From positions 319-64,318 of the forward strand of contig CAXPKH010000068.1 of the NCBI GenBank assembly GCA_964217615.1: DNA of 64,000 bases, in the 5' to 3' direction. Numbering within the stretch: position 1 is the stretch's first letter; each line of letters opens with the position of its first letter. A model generated the notes under the pieces. It worked only from the letters and a program-made list of their open reading frames with translations, was not told where the DNA came from and ran no database searches. This document shows, piece by piece, positions 18,038 through 27,956 of this stretch. The DNA comes from Luminiphilus sp. (GTDB taxonomy: Bacteria > Pseudomonadota > Gammaproteobacteria > Pseudomonadales > Halieaceae). The position numbers were made by a program, and so were the translations under genes.

Positions 18038-19360
18038 CTAAAGGCCGTAGGCCTCGCGCAACAGTGTCATTGGATGCTCCGCACGCTCCACTTTCTGGGA
18101 TAAGTGTGCGATGTGCTCTCCGGCCATCGGGCAGTCGCTGATGAAACGATCAGGCGCCTGCTCATCCACCTTCCTCACCGTGGGCCGTGCAATTTTGACG
18201 GATTTGTCGCGGGTTTCCTTTTTGACCGCATAGGTGCCGTCGTGCCCAGAGCACCGCTCGTAAGGTGTGACCTCACTGCCTTCGATCAGGTTCAGCACGT
18301 CGCGGGTTTTAAGGCCAATGTTTTGAACCCGCTGATGGCAGGCAACTTGATAAGCAACGCTCCCCAATGCAGATTGGAAGTCGGTTTTCAGAGCGTCGCC
18401 GCGGTGCCTCGCCCAAAGGTACTCGAAGGGGTCATAAAAAGCTTTTTGCACCTTCAGGACGTCGGGATCATTCGGATACATTAGCGGCAATTCCTGCTTG
18501 TACATCAGTACGCAAGAGGGAATGGGGGCGGTGAGGTCGTAGCCCTCGTCAACCAGCTTGGCCAGCACCGGGATGTTGGCTTTCTTCAGCGCATCGACAC
18601 TATCGAGATCGCCCAATTCCAATTTCGGCATGCCGCAGCACTGCTCCTTCGGCACGACATCGATATGTATACCGTTATGCTGAAATACCTTGACGAAATC
18701 CTCGCCCACGGTGGGGCTGTTGTAGTTGCCATAACAGGTGGCGTAGAGCGCGACTTTCCCTGTTGTTTCACCAATCGGTTGGGGCTCGATCTCCCGGATC
18801 AGCGGCTTAACGCGCTTCCGCAATGTCTTGCTATGCAGTTTCGGCAATGGTGCCTCGTGGTGAATATCGAGACCCGCCGAGAGCGCTTTGCGGAATACAC
18901 CCGTCTGATTCAGGGCGTTGACTGTCACGTCAATCAGGGGGATAGACGTTGTGCTCAGCAAGCGATCGGTGCTGGTCAGTGTTCTGTCTCGCAGAGACGC
19001 GCCATTTTCCTTAAAGCGTTGTGCCTTTGCTCGCAGCATCAAATGCGGGAAATCCACGTTGAATTCGTGCGGCGGCACATAGGGGCACTTGGTCAGGTAA
19101 CACAGATCACAGAGGTAGCATTGCTCGGCGACTTTACCGTAATCCGATTTGCTGACGCCATCGACCTCCAGGGTTTCTGACTCATCGATAAGATCAAACA
19201 GGGTCGGAAATGCATCGCACAGGCTGACACAGCGGCGACAGCCATGGCAGACGTCAAAGACGCGCTCGAGCTCCTCGTTGAGGGCGTCCTTGTTCCAAAA
19301 CGTATCGCTTTGCCAGTCCAGCGGATGCCGGGTTGGGGCCTCGATGCTGCCTTCTCTCAT
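18038..19360 (-). CDS. Rubrerythrin-associated Fe-S oxidoreductase (GlpC/HdrD-like, CCG domains)
   Basis: CHGCRRCVSLC and CYLCDLCYLTKCP ferredoxin-type motifs; CCGMP, CSGHDG, SDCP. Confidence 0.85.
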   Translation of the reverse strand: MREGSIEAPTRHPLDWQSDTFWNKDALNEELERVFDVCHGCRRCVSLCDAFPTLFDLIDESETLEVDGVSKSDYGKVAEQCYLCDLCYLTKCPYVPPHEFNVDFPHLMLRAKAQRFKENGASLRDRTLTSTDRLLSTTSIPLIDVTVNALNQTGVFRKALSAGLDIHHEAPLPKLHSKTLRKRVKPLIREIEPQPIGETTGKVALYATCYGNYNSPTVGEDFVKVFQHNGIHIDVVPKEQCCGMPKLELGDLDSVDALKKANIPVLAKLVDEGYDLTAPIPSCVLMYKQELPLMYPNDPDVLKVQKAFYDPFEYLWARHRGDALKTDFQSALGSVAYQVACHQRVQNIGLKTRDVLNLIEGSEVTPYERCSGHDGTYAVKKETRDKSVKIARPTVRKVDEQAPDRFISDCPMAGEHIAHLSQKVERAEHPMTLLREAYGL

Positions 19361-19456
19361 CGTAAATGACTCTTGTTGAGTGGTGCTGACATTAGTTGAT
19401 GCTGACCCTCCCCAGTAACCTGTCCTCGCTTAGGTGGGCGGGAACGCCTGAGGGGG

Positions 19457-19492
19457 AAAAAACAAGGGGAGCATGCATTGCTCCCCTTTTTT
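19457..19492 (-). terminator. Intrinsic terminator downstream of rubrerythrin (potentially bidirectional)
   Basis: Stem AAGGGGAGCA (19464-73) / TGCTCCCCTT (19479-88) with a 5-nt loop, flanked by an A-run on the left and a T-run on the right. Confidence 0.8.
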
Positions 19493-19521
19493 ATCGGTTG
19501 AGCCGATAAAACGACGGCTTA

Positions 19522-19941
19522 TCAGGCGTCGAGGGTGTCCAGCGCTTTTTGAAAGCGGTTGGCGTGGCTACGCTCGGCTTTGGCCAGCGTCTCAAACCAG
19601 TCCGCGATTTCGTCAAAGCCTTCGTCGCGCGCGGTCTTGGCCATGCCGGGGTACATGTCAGTGTACTCGTGGGTCTCTCCCGCGATGGACGCTTCCAAGT
19701 TCTTCTTGGTGTCGCCCATGGGCAAGCCAGTGGCGGGGTCGCCAACTGCTTCGAGGTATTCCAGATGCCCGTGAGCATGCCCTGTCTCGCCTTCTGCGGT
19801 TGAGCGGAATACTGCCGCGACATCGTTATAGCCTTCGACGTCCGCCTTTGATGCGAAGTAGAGATAGCGACGGTTTGCCTGGGATTCGCCCGCAAACGCG
19901 TCCTTCAGATTTTGTTCAGTTGCACTTCCTTTCAGTTCCAT
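19522..19941 (-). CDS. Rubrerythrin (short form lacking the rubredoxin domain)
   Basis: [36 protein letters not shown] di-iron ligands; no CxxC domain. SD AGGAG upstream. Confidence 0.92.
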   Translation of the reverse strand: MELKGSATEQNLKDAFAGESQANRRYLYFASKADVEGYNDVAAVFRSTAEGETGHAHGHLEYLEAVGDPATGLPMGDTKKNLEASIAGETHEYTDMYPGMAKTARDEGFDEIADWFETLAKAERSHANRFQKALDTLDA

Positions 19942-20014
19942 TACTCACTCCTGTTATGGCCTGGGTCACACCTGTCTGGTGGTGTCGTAGGTGATCACAC
20001 CACGGTGAACACCT

Positions 20015-20082
20015 AATATACCGAGGTGTGGGCCAATTGGCTTACCGAAAATATAAAAAAATTTAATCGGAAAAAACGATTA
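20015..20082 (-). promoter_or_regulatory. Putative OxyR-activated rubrerythrin promoter
   Basis: Minus-strand -10 TATATT (20020-20015) with a poor -35 (AAGCCA). Directly upstream is ACCG-N7-AAAA-N7-ATCG-N7-CGAT (20044-20080), which includes the perfect TAATCG-N7-CGATTA repeat and resembles the OxyR ATAG-N7-CTAT repeats. Confidence 0.65.
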
Positions 20083-20173
20083 TCCTTAGCCAAGCTACTT
20101 GGGACGGAATGCCGACTCGGCGCAGTCGGCAGGGACTAATGGCTGCTCGGCGCTTTCTCCGCGACAGGTCGCA

Positions 20174-20190
20174 GATAGATTGCCCCGATC
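20174..20190 (+). promoter_or_regulatory. OxyR/LysR-type half site upstream of oxyR (possible autoregulation)
   Basis: GATAG-N7-CGATC (T-N11-A), 27 nt before the oxyR ATG. Confidence 0.45.
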
Positions 20191-20217
20191 GGTGACACTG
20201 GCGCGGTGAGGACGGAT

Positions 20218-21117
20218 ATGAGACAGCCCACACTCAAACAACTTCGCTATCTATGTGCAGTCGCAGACCATCAGCATTTTGGTCAAGCTGCGGTGGCCTG
20301 CCATGTGAGTCAAAGCACGCTGAGTGCCGGGATTCTCGAGCTGGAGGAGACGCTCGGTGTGAGCCTGCTGGAGCGAAATAACCGCAAGGTCATTCTTACC
20401 CCATTGGGCCTGGAAGTTGTAGAGCGCGCTCGGGAACTGTTGGTGGGCGTCGAGGATATGGTGTCTCTGTGTGCCGGGGCCGGGAAACCATTCCATGGGA
20501 AAATGCGGATGGGCGTGATTCCTACGGTGGCACCCTATTTATTGCCGGGACTGTTGCAACAGATCAGACAGCGTCACCCCGAGTTCCAGCTATTTATCCG
20601 CGAGGACCTGAGTCAACCCTTGGTCGACGCGCTTCAGGCCGGTGAATTGGATGTCCTGCTGCTTGCGCTCCCATTTCCTGCCGAGCAGGTGGAAACGATG
20701 ACGCTGTTTGAGGACGAGTTTCTGCTGGCCTGTCAGGAATCGCATGATCTGGCGAATCGAACAGCGCTACGTACCGCCGACCTTAAAGGGGAGGCGCTGC
20801 TGTTGTTGGAGGAGGGCCATTGTCTCCGCGATCACGCGCTGGAGGCCTGCAAGCTGAGAGACTCCCAAATCACGGTGCCGTATCAGGCCACGAGCTTGGC
20901 CACGGTCGTGCAAATGGTGGCGAACGGTATCGGTATTACCCTCTTGCCCCAAATGGCGGTAGGAGCGGGAATTACCGGCAGCACGGGCCTGGTGATCAAG
21001 CCGTTCCAACAGGCGAACGTCACGCGCAAGATCGGACTGATGTGGCGAAAAAAGACCCCCAGAAGAGTGGAGTTTCGGCAGCTGGGCGAGGTTATCAGTG
21101 ACTTAATAGCGCCTTAA
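20218..21117 (+). CDS. oxyR: Hydrogen peroxide-sensing LysR regulator OxyR
   Basis: LysR HTH (LKQLRYL...HFGQAA..CHVSQSTLS), IPTVAPYLLP, EEGHCLRDHALEAC (C199/C208 equivalents), ATSLAT. ATG 20218 has a GAGGA SD. Confidence 0.85.
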   Translation: MRQPTLKQLRYLCAVADHQHFGQAAVACHVSQSTLSAGILELEETLGVSLLERNNRKVILTPLGLEVVERARELLVGVEDMVSLCAGAGKPFHGKMRMGVIPTVAPYLLPGLLQQIRQRHPEFQLFIREDLSQPLVDALQAGELDVLLLALPFPAEQVETMTLFEDEFLLACQESHDLANRTALRTADLKGEALLLLEEGHCLRDHALEACKLRDSQITVPYQATSLATVVQMVANGIGITLLPQMAVGAGITGSTGLVIKPFQQANVTRKIGLMWRKKTPRRVEFRQLGEVISDLIAP

Positions 21118-21126
21118 GTCGAGTTA

Positions 21127-23244
21127 CTACCGGGGTTTTTTCGTGCGCGGCGCTTGTCCCTGCGTGTGTTGGGTCCTAAAGGGTTTGCCTTGAGCTGCGA
21201 CCACCCGGTGACGTTTCGGGGGTTGCCGAGGTGGGATCAAGTGCATCACGCCATTGCCAATCAGATCCCGCCGGCCCATTTGCTTTAGCGTTTTTCTCAG
21301 GAGAGGCCAATTGTCGGGGTCGTGGTAGCGAAGAAACGCCTTGTGCAATCGGCGCTGACTGAGTTTTTTAACCGTGCTCAGTTTCTCGCTCTTTCGCTTG
21401 ACGGGTCGCAGCGGGTCATACCCCGTGTGATACATCGCCGTTGCCGTTGCCATCGGGGACGGGTAGAAGGTCTGTACTTGATCGGCCCTGAAGCGGTGCT
21501 GTTTTAGCCAGAGCGCAAGTTGGACCATGTCCTCGTCGGAGGTTCCCGGATGAGCGGCGATGAAGTAGGGGATTAAATACTGCTTTTTCCCCGCGTCTTT
21601 GGAGAAACGCTCGAACATGGCGGCGAACTTGTCATAACTCCCGATTCCCGGCTTCATCATTTTGGAAAGCGGGCCCTGTTCTGTGTGTTCCGGCGCGATC
21701 TTCAGGTACCCGCCAACATGATGTGTCACCAGTTCACGAACATACTCGGGGCTTTCGACCGCCAGGTCGTAACGAAGCCCGGAGGCAATGAGCACTTTTT
21801 TGACCCCTTTGACCTGACGCGCCCGGCGGTAAAGGTTGATAAGCGGGGTCTGATCGGTATTGAGATTTTTGCAAATGCCCGGGTACACGCAGCTCAGCTT
21901 GCGGCAAGCCGCTTCTGTCTCTTTATCCTTGCAGGCCAGGCGCCACATGTTGGCGGTCGGTCCGCCGAGATCTGAGATCACCCCGGTGAAAGCCGGACTC
22001 GTATCTCGGATTCGCTCGACTTCCCGGATTATGGAATCTTCCGAGCGGTTCTGAATAATTCTGCCCTCGTGCTCGGTAATGGAGCAAAAAGTGCAGCCGC
22101 CGAAACAGCCCCGCATGATATTCACCGAGTGTTGGATCATCTCCATCGCCGGTACTGCAGCGTCGCCATAGGAAGGATGGGGGAGCCTTTGGTAAGGCAG
22201 CTCGAATACCCAATCCAGTTCGTCAGTTTCCAGAGGAATCGGCGGTGGATTAAGCCATACGTCGCGATCTCCGTGAGCTTGCACGAGGGGTAGCGCATTG
22301 TGGGGATTTGTTTCTTTATGAAAAACCCGCGAGGCATGCGCGTACAGCACAGGGTCGCGGGTGACCGCCTCGACTGAAGGGAGTCGTATGGCATGGGTCG
22401 CGGGGTTTGGGCTAGCCATCAAGCGGACCGTTTGGGGGGCAGCCGCCGACGGTTCGGACTCTCCCTCATTGCAGGGCGCCTCCTCCATGCCGTCATAGGG
22501 GTTGGGGTGGGCTGTAACCGGCCCGGGTTGGTCGACTGCCGATGAGTCGATGATGGTGCGCTCCTCGGGTAATGTTTTTGTGATAAAGGCAGTGCCCCTA
22601 ATATCGCGCAGGGTGCTGACGCTTTCACCGTCTGCCAGGCGGTGGGCGACCGCCACTATGGCGCGCTCGGCATTGCCGAATACCAGCAGATCGGCACGGC
22701 TGTCGAGAAGCACGGAGCGTTTTACCCGATCACTCCAATAGTCATAGTGGGCAATTCGCCGCAGGCTGGCCTCGATGCCTCCAATAACGATAGGCGTATC
22801 CCGGTAGGCCTCCCTTAATCGCTGGCTGTATACCGTGACGGCGCGATCTGGGCGTTTTCCCGACACGTTGCCCGGTGTGTAGGCGTCATCATTGCGCCGC
22901 TTACGGTCAGCGGTGTAGTGGTTGATCATGGAGTCCATATTGCCGGCCGTCACCCCAAAGAATAGATTGGGACGACCGAGCACCTTGAACGGCTCCGCCG
23001 AGTGCCAATCTGGCTGAGCGATCATGCCCACGCGAAAACCTTGCGCCTCCAGAACCCGACCAATCACCGCCATGCCGAAGCTAGGGTGATCGACATACCC
23101 ATCTCCCGAAACGATGATGATGTCGCAGCTGTCCCAGCCGAGTTGATCCATTTCTTCCCGCGACATGGGTAGCCAGGGTGCGGGACCCAAACACTCAGCC
23201 CAGTATTTACGGTAGTCATACAGCGCGGTGGGTTTACTCGACAT
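21127..23244 (-). CDS. ygiQ: YgiQ family radical SAM protein
   Basis: [51 protein letters not shown]. Confidence 0.92.
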   Translation of the reverse strand: MSSKPTALYDYRKYWAECLGPAPWLPMSREEMDQLGWDSCDIIIVSGDGYVDHPSFGMAVIGRVLEAQGFRVGMIAQPDWHSAEPFKVLGRPNLFFGVTAGNMDSMINHYTADRKRRNDDAYTPGNVSGKRPDRAVTVYSQRLREAYRDTPIVIGGIEASLRRIAHYDYWSDRVKRSVLLDSRADLLVFGNAERAIVAVAHRLADGESVSTLRDIRGTAFITKTLPEERTIIDSSAVDQPGPVTAHPNPYDGMEEAPCNEGESEPSAAAPQTVRLMASPNPATHAIRLPSVEAVTRDPVLYAHASRVFHKETNPHNALPLVQAHGDRDVWLNPPPIPLETDELDWVFELPYQRLPHPSYGDAAVPAMEMIQHSVNIMRGCFGGCTFCSITEHEGRIIQNRSEDSIIREVERIRDTSPAFTGVISDLGGPTANMWRLACKDKETEAACRKLSCVYPGICKNLNTDQTPLINLYRRARQVKGVKKVLIASGLRYDLAVESPEYVRELVTHHVGGYLKIAPEHTEQGPLSKMMKPGIGSYDKFAAMFERFSKDAGKKQYLIPYFIAAHPGTSDEDMVQLALWLKQHRFRADQVQTFYPSPMATATAMYHTGYDPLRPVKRKSEKLSTVKKLSQRRLHKAFLRYHDPDNWPLLRKTLKQMGRRDLIGNGVMHLIPPRQPPKRHRVVAAQGKPFRTQHTQGQAPRTKKPR

Positions 23245-24139
23245 GTGGAGCTTCCCGGCGTCTCACATCGTCTGGCACGTCGAGCTCTGAGCCGCAGTGT
23301 TGGCAGAATAGGGCTTCAAGACTGTGTCCGGATTTGGCGCACACTGGGCAGTTCCAGTTGAGTAACGGCTCAGGCGCGTCCCGCTCAGTAATGCGTTCCC
23401 ACAGTTCTCGGGTGATGATGGCGGTAGGAACGGCGATAATGCTGTAGCCAACGAGCATGCCGAAACCCGCAATAAACCGACCTGCCGGTGTCTGGGGCAC
23501 TAAATCGCCGTAGCCGACGGTGGTAATGGTAACCACCGCCCAGTAAATACTCATGGGGATGCTGTCAAAGCCGTTCTTTGGCCCCTCGATGACATAGATC
23601 ACGCACGCGAACACCACGACCACAATCATCACCATGATCAGAAAAACAAAGATGGAGCGAGCGGTGCTTTTTAGCACGCCGAGGATCTCGTTGAGTTCGG
23701 CAAACAGTGCCATCAGTTTGAGCACCCTGAAAACCCTAACAACCCTCAACAGCCTGATCACGACCAGCGGGGTGGCTTCGGGGAGCAGAAAGGCGGCGTA
23801 GGTTGGCAGGATTGCCAGTAAGTCCACGATTCCCCAGAAACTGCCGAGATAAGCACGGCGGTGCTCGGTACACCAGATGCGCGTCACATATTCGATGGTG
23901 AACACAGCCGTAAAGCCAATCTCCAGTTGCCATAAAAATTCGCCGTGAGTGTTGTGGATATCGGGTACCGAGTCCACCATTACCGTCAGCACGCTGGCGA
24001 GAATGACGACGAGTAGTGCGATATCAAAGGTGCGTCCCGCCGGCGTGTCAGCCCCGAAGATGACGATTTCGGTGCGTTTTCTCAGGCTGCCTGCGGTCTC
24101 CTCGGGTGGCGCGTTACCGATGTTCGTGCCAAGAGTCAC
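23234..24139 (-). CDS. Voltage-gated-type potassium channel / ion transporter with C-terminal zinc ribbon
   Basis: S4-like [13 protein letters not shown], selectivity filter TTVGYGD, CPVC...CQHC. GTG 24139 overlaps the tesA TGA. Confidence 0.88.
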   Translation of the reverse strand: MTLGTNIGNAPPEETAGSLRKRTEIVIFGADTPAGRTFDIALLVVILASVLTVMVDSVPDIHNTHGEFLWQLEIGFTAVFTIEYVTRIWCTEHRRAYLGSFWGIVDLLAILPTYAAFLLPEATPLVVIRLLRVVRVFRVLKLMALFAELNEILGVLKSTARSIFVFLIMVMIVVVVFACVIYVIEGPKNGFDSIPMSIYWAVVTITTVGYGDLVPQTPAGRFIAGFGMLVGYSIIAVPTAIITRELWERITERDAPEPLLNWNCPVCAKSGHSLEALFCQHCGSELDVPDDVRRREAPHVE

Positions 24140-24780
24140 AGAACGGGCTCCAGCACCTGCCAAACACTCTCCAAAATCAAAGGTTGCGCATCAACCGTGG
24201 GATGAATGCCATCCGCTTGCATCAGCGACCGATTCAGTGCCACCGATTCAAGTGGGAACTGACCGAGTAATGCACGCGTGTCTTCGGTGGCTTGGGCGAA
24301 GCTATTGCGAAAAGCATCTGTATAGACCTTTCCTAAGTTTGGGGGTATCTCCATCGGTAAAATGATCGGGATGGCGCCTGAGGCCTCGGTCAGCTGAATC
24401 ATTTCCCGGAGATTTTGGGTCAGCTGTTTGACTGGGTAACCGCGGAGTCCGTCGTTCCCCCCGAGCTCGATAATCACAATCCGTGGCGAATGAGTTGCTA
24501 GCAGGGCGGGCAGCCTGCGCAGTCCACCACCAGAGGTATCGCCTGATATACTCGCGTTGACCACGTGGTAAGAATCTTCGCCGGCTTTTAATCTGTTCTG
24601 CAGTAACGCTACCCAGCCTTCTTCGAGCGACATGCCGTAGGCGGCACTGATGCTGTCACCCAATACGAGAATGGAATGCAGCGATGCATGAGGCGCCGGG
24701 GCAGTTGCGGCACCGGCAATAAGCAATCCGACACACGCGACGGCTCGTAATCGTCGGCTGAGGAAACGTAGAATGATCAA
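24136..24780 (-). CDS. tesA: Arylesterase/acyl-CoA thioesterase I (SGNH/GDSL)
   Basis: GDSISAAYG, NASISGDTS, ELGGNDGLRG, DGIHP, and a signal peptide. Start position uncertain. Confidence 0.88.
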   Translation of the reverse strand: MIILRFLSRRLRAVACVGLLIAGAATAPAPHASLHSILVLGDSISAAYGMSLEEGWVALLQNRLKAGEDSYHVVNASISGDTSGGGLRRLPALLATHSPRIVIIELGGNDGLRGYPVKQLTQNLREMIQLTEASGAIPIILPMEIPPNLGKVYTDAFRNSFAQATEDTRALLGQFPLESVALNRSLMQADGIHPTVDAQPLILESVWQVLEPVL

Positions 24781-25441
24781 AGTCAGTCAACTCCTTAAAA
24801 CCGTGCCGACCGCCGATGGCGATCTGGACATACTCCGCGGGATCGATCTGGAAATCGCCGCTGGCACGTCTGCCGCCATTGTGGGCGCGTCGGGTTCGGG
24901 TAAGTCTACCTTGCTGGGGCTGCTAGCGGGTATGGATGTCGCTTCTGGCGGAGAAATTACGCTAGATGGAGACCGACTGAGTCTGTTGGATGAAGACCAG
25001 CGGGCGCAGTTGCGCGCCGAAAAAATCGGCTTTGTCTTCCAGAGTTTCCAGCTGCTGCCAGCATTAACCGCCCGTGAAAACGTCATGCTACCTCTGGAGT
25101 TGTCTGGCAGAAGGGACGCAGGTGATGTGGCTGATCGGCTCCTCGGAGAAGTGGGTCTGGCCGAGCGGCTGGATCACTACCCGACAACATTGTCTGGGGG
25201 GGAGCAGCAACGTGTTGCAATCGCCAGAGCTTTTGTCAGAGAGCCAAAAATCCTGTTTGCCGACGAGCCAACGGGCAATCTGGACACGCGGACTGGCGAG
25301 CGGGTCATCGACTTGCTTTTTCGCCTAAACGCCAGCGCGGGTACCACCTTAGTGTTGGTGACGCACGATGAGCGACTGGCTAGGCGTTGTGAAGTACGTT
25401 TCGCGATGGATGCTGGCGAGTTACGAGCCCTGGAGGCTTGA
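24773..25441 (+). CDS. ybbA: ABC transporter ATP-binding protein YbbA
   Basis: GASGSGKST, FVFQSFQL, LSGGEQQRV, FADEPTGNLD. Divergent from tesA, as in enterobacteria. Confidence 0.85.
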   Translation: MIKVSQLLKTVPTADGDLDILRGIDLEIAAGTSAAIVGASGSGKSTLLGLLAGMDVASGGEITLDGDRLSLLDEDQRAQLRAEKIGFVFQSFQLLPALTARENVMLPLELSGRRDAGDVADRLLGEVGLAERLDHYPTTLSGGEQQRVAIARAFVREPKILFADEPTGNLDTRTGERVIDLLFRLNASAGTTLVLVTHDERLARRCEVRFAMDAGELRALEA

Positions 25442-25445
25442 ATCG

Positions 25446-27929
25446 ATGCTCAGAACGCTGACTGGGAAGTTTTTGCTGAGAGACTGGCGCAGCGGCGAAC
25501 TCAGTATTCTCCTGCTGGCGCTTGTGTTGGCGGTCTCTGTCGTGGTCGGCATCAGCGGTTTTGTCTCGCGCTTGCAGGGCGCATTGCTGTCTGAAAGTGC
25601 GCGGTTTTTAGCCGCCGATGCGGTGATTGTCAGTCGCACTGAATTGCCCGCTGGTTGGTCGGAAGAAGCGGTCAGCAGAGGGCTCAGCGTCTCGCCTTCC
25701 CTCGGGTTTCCATCGATGGTGGTCGCTGACATCGACAGGATGTCGCTGGTGTCCGTCAAAGCAGTGTCCACCGGTTATCCGCTAAAAGGCGGGCTACAGT
25801 GGTCCGCAGATCCCTATGGGGTGATCGAGAACAACGGCGAGATACCGCGACCGGGGGAGGTATGGCTGGCGCCACGTGTGTTTGCCTTGCTCGGTGTTGT
25901 AACGGGCGACACCGTCACGGTGGGAGAGCAGCAATTAACCATCACCGGAGCGGTGCGCGGTGAGCCGGATGCCACGACCGCCGTATTTGGCTTTGGTCCT
26001 CGGTTGATGATGAACGTGGCTGATATCCCTTCCACCGGCGTCATTCAGCCGGGGAGTCGTGTCGAATATCGACTCCTGCTCGGTGGTAACGCCGATACCA
26101 CGGACGCGTTTTTAGAATGGGTCAGGCCGCAGTTGGGTCAGGGCCAGCGGGTGGATTCAGTGGCAACGTCGCAACCCAGAATTGGCGATACCTTGGACAG
26201 AGCGCAGGGCTTCCTGCTGCTCGCTGGCAGCCTGGCGGTGGTGCTGGCAACCGCAGCAATCCTCTTAGCAAGTCGACGATTTGGCGAGCGTCATACCCAA
26301 TATGTTGCCATCCTGAAAAGTCTGGGTGCGCAATCACGAGAGATCAGTGGACTTTATGGGGCCTGTCTGCTCGTTCTGGGTTGTGTTGCCACGATGCTGG
26401 GGTCTGCCATGGGTTGGTTGATTCAAGATGGGTTCATCTGGGCACTGGGCTCATTACTGCCGGTCGAACCCGGGGCCGCGGGTTGGGAGCCCCTTGCGAT
26501 GGGGGCTGTCACCGCGCTGGTGTGTCTGCTGTTCTTTGCTTGGCCACCGTTAAGTCGTTTGGCAGACGCCTCTCCGCTTCATGTGCTGCGTGCAGAAGTG
26601 GATGTAGCCAAAATGCAAAAAGTCCGTGACTTGGTCCTCGGTGGCGCAGCGGTATTTGGTCTCATGTGGTGGTATAGCGGTAGCGCTACCGTGACGCTCG
26701 CGGTTGTAGCGGGACTGATCGTGGTGACGTTGCTTGGCATCTTGATCGGCCGCACCCTGCTGGCCGGGGGGCAGTCGATTGGTGGCTTTGCGGGCAGCAT
26801 TTGGCGCGTCGCCCTCGCGGGTTTGCAGCGCCGCCGTCACGCCAATTCATTGCAGATGGTCATTTTCGCCGTGGCTATCATGTTGATGTTAATGCTCACG
26901 GTGGTGCGCTCCTCGTTGGTCACGCAGTGGCAAGCGCAGCTGCCTCCAGATGTCCCGAATCACTTTCTGCTGAATTTGGCCCCCGAAGAGCGGGAGCAAT
27001 TGCAATTTTTTTTCCAGCAGCGCGATCTGAAGACCGAGAAGCTTTATCCCATGACGCGGGGCCGTGTAATGGAGGTCAATAGCCAAGCGTTGCCCCGTTG
27101 GGAGGAGGCAGAAACCGAGACTGCGCCCCGGCAACGCGAGGCCAATTTCACTTGGTCGGATACACAACCGGTTGGCAATGAATTGACCGCCGGCGAATGG
27201 TGGTCGCCGCAATCCACGGAGCCATTGGTTTCGGTCGAAGAGGGATTCGCGCGGGATATCGGCGCGGCGTTGGGCGATGAGCTCACTTTGCGTATCGGTG
27301 CTGACACCTTTACCGCCACGGTAAGCAGCATTCGTCGTGTTGACTGGCAATCGATGAGGCCTAATTTTTTTATGGTTTTTCCACCTGCGGTGCTGGCGGG
27401 TTATCCGGGAATGTATATGACGAGTTTTCTCCTGCCGCCCGATCGGAAAAATCTGCTTAATGAGTTGGTGCGGGAATTACCCACGGTGACTGTTATCGAG
27501 TTGGATATTGTCATTGCCGAAATGCGCGCAGTCGTGGATCAGGTCGCTCGCGCATTGGAGCTGGTTTTGGGCGTCATTCTTATCGCCGGTGGCCTCGTTT
27601 TGGTTGCGGGTATTCAATCCAGTCTCGACGGCAGACTGAGAGAGGCTGCTTTGCTAAGGGCAATGGGTGCGGGGAAGGGGCTGCTACTCGGCACCCTTTG
27701 GATCGAGTTTTTGGTGCTTGGCGCGCTGGCTGGCGGTCTTGCGGGAGTCGGTGCCGAAGCGGCAACCTATGTGTTGCAGACCCGAGTATTCGACATGCAG
27801 TGGACCCCGACGCCACTGATGTGGTGGCTGGGGCCCATTATCGGTGCAGGGGTTGTTGGATGCTTGGGCGTATGGGCGTGTCGCCATGTGGTGCGCACCC
27901 CCCCCGTTGTGTTACTCCGGGAAGTGTAG
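25446..27929 (+). CDS. ybbP: FtsX/MacB-like ABC permease YbbP
   Basis: RDWRSGEL, VKAV..GYPL.G, IQPGSRV.Y, PNHFLLN, RRVDWQSMRPNFF. ATG at 25446. Confidence 0.85.
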   Translation: MLRTLTGKFLLRDWRSGELSILLLALVLAVSVVVGISGFVSRLQGALLSESARFLAADAVIVSRTELPAGWSEEAVSRGLSVSPSLGFPSMVVADIDRMSLVSVKAVSTGYPLKGGLQWSADPYGVIENNGEIPRPGEVWLAPRVFALLGVVTGDTVTVGEQQLTITGAVRGEPDATTAVFGFGPRLMMNVADIPSTGVIQPGSRVEYRLLLGGNADTTDAFLEWVRPQLGQGQRVDSVATSQPRIGDTLDRAQGFLLLAGSLAVVLATAAILLASRRFGERHTQYVAILKSLGAQSREISGLYGACLLVLGCVATMLGSAMGWLIQDGFIWALGSLLPVEPGAAGWEPLAMGAVTALVCLLFFAWPPLSRLADASPLHVLRAEVDVAKMQKVRDLVLGGAAVFGLMWWYSGSATVTLAVVAGLIVVTLLGILIGRTLLAGGQSIGGFAGSIWRVALAGLQRRRHANSLQMVIFAVAIMLMLMLTVVRSSLVTQWQAQLPPDVPNHFLLNLAPEEREQLQFFFQQRDLKTEKLYPMTRGRVMEVNSQALPRWEEAETETAPRQREANFTWSDTQPVGNELTAGEWWSPQSTEPLVSVEEGFARDIGAALGDELTLRIGADTFTATVSSIRRVDWQSMRPNFFMVFPPAVLAGYPGMYMTSFLLPPDRKNLLNELVRELPTVTVIELDIVIAEMRAVVDQVARALELVLGVILIAGGLVLVAGIQSSLDGRLREAALLRAMGAGKGLLLGTLWIEFLVLGALAGGLAGVGAEAATYVLQTRVFDMQWTPTPLMWWLGPIIGAGVVGCLGVWACRHVVRTPPVVLLREV

Positions 27930-27956
27930 AGGTGCCAGTCCTCTAAAGCTCCCGCT

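Noticed and set aside
19491-19895. 134-aa same-strand alternative-frame ORF over rubrerythrin, plus a 173-aa antisense ORF
   Set aside because: Arg/Pro/Ser-rich off-frame composition with no SD or motif.
20110-20131. 8-bp inverted repeat TGCCGACT/AGTCGGCA upstream of oxyR
   Set aside because: Single GC-rich hairpin with no U-tract or other copies seen; no function can be supported.
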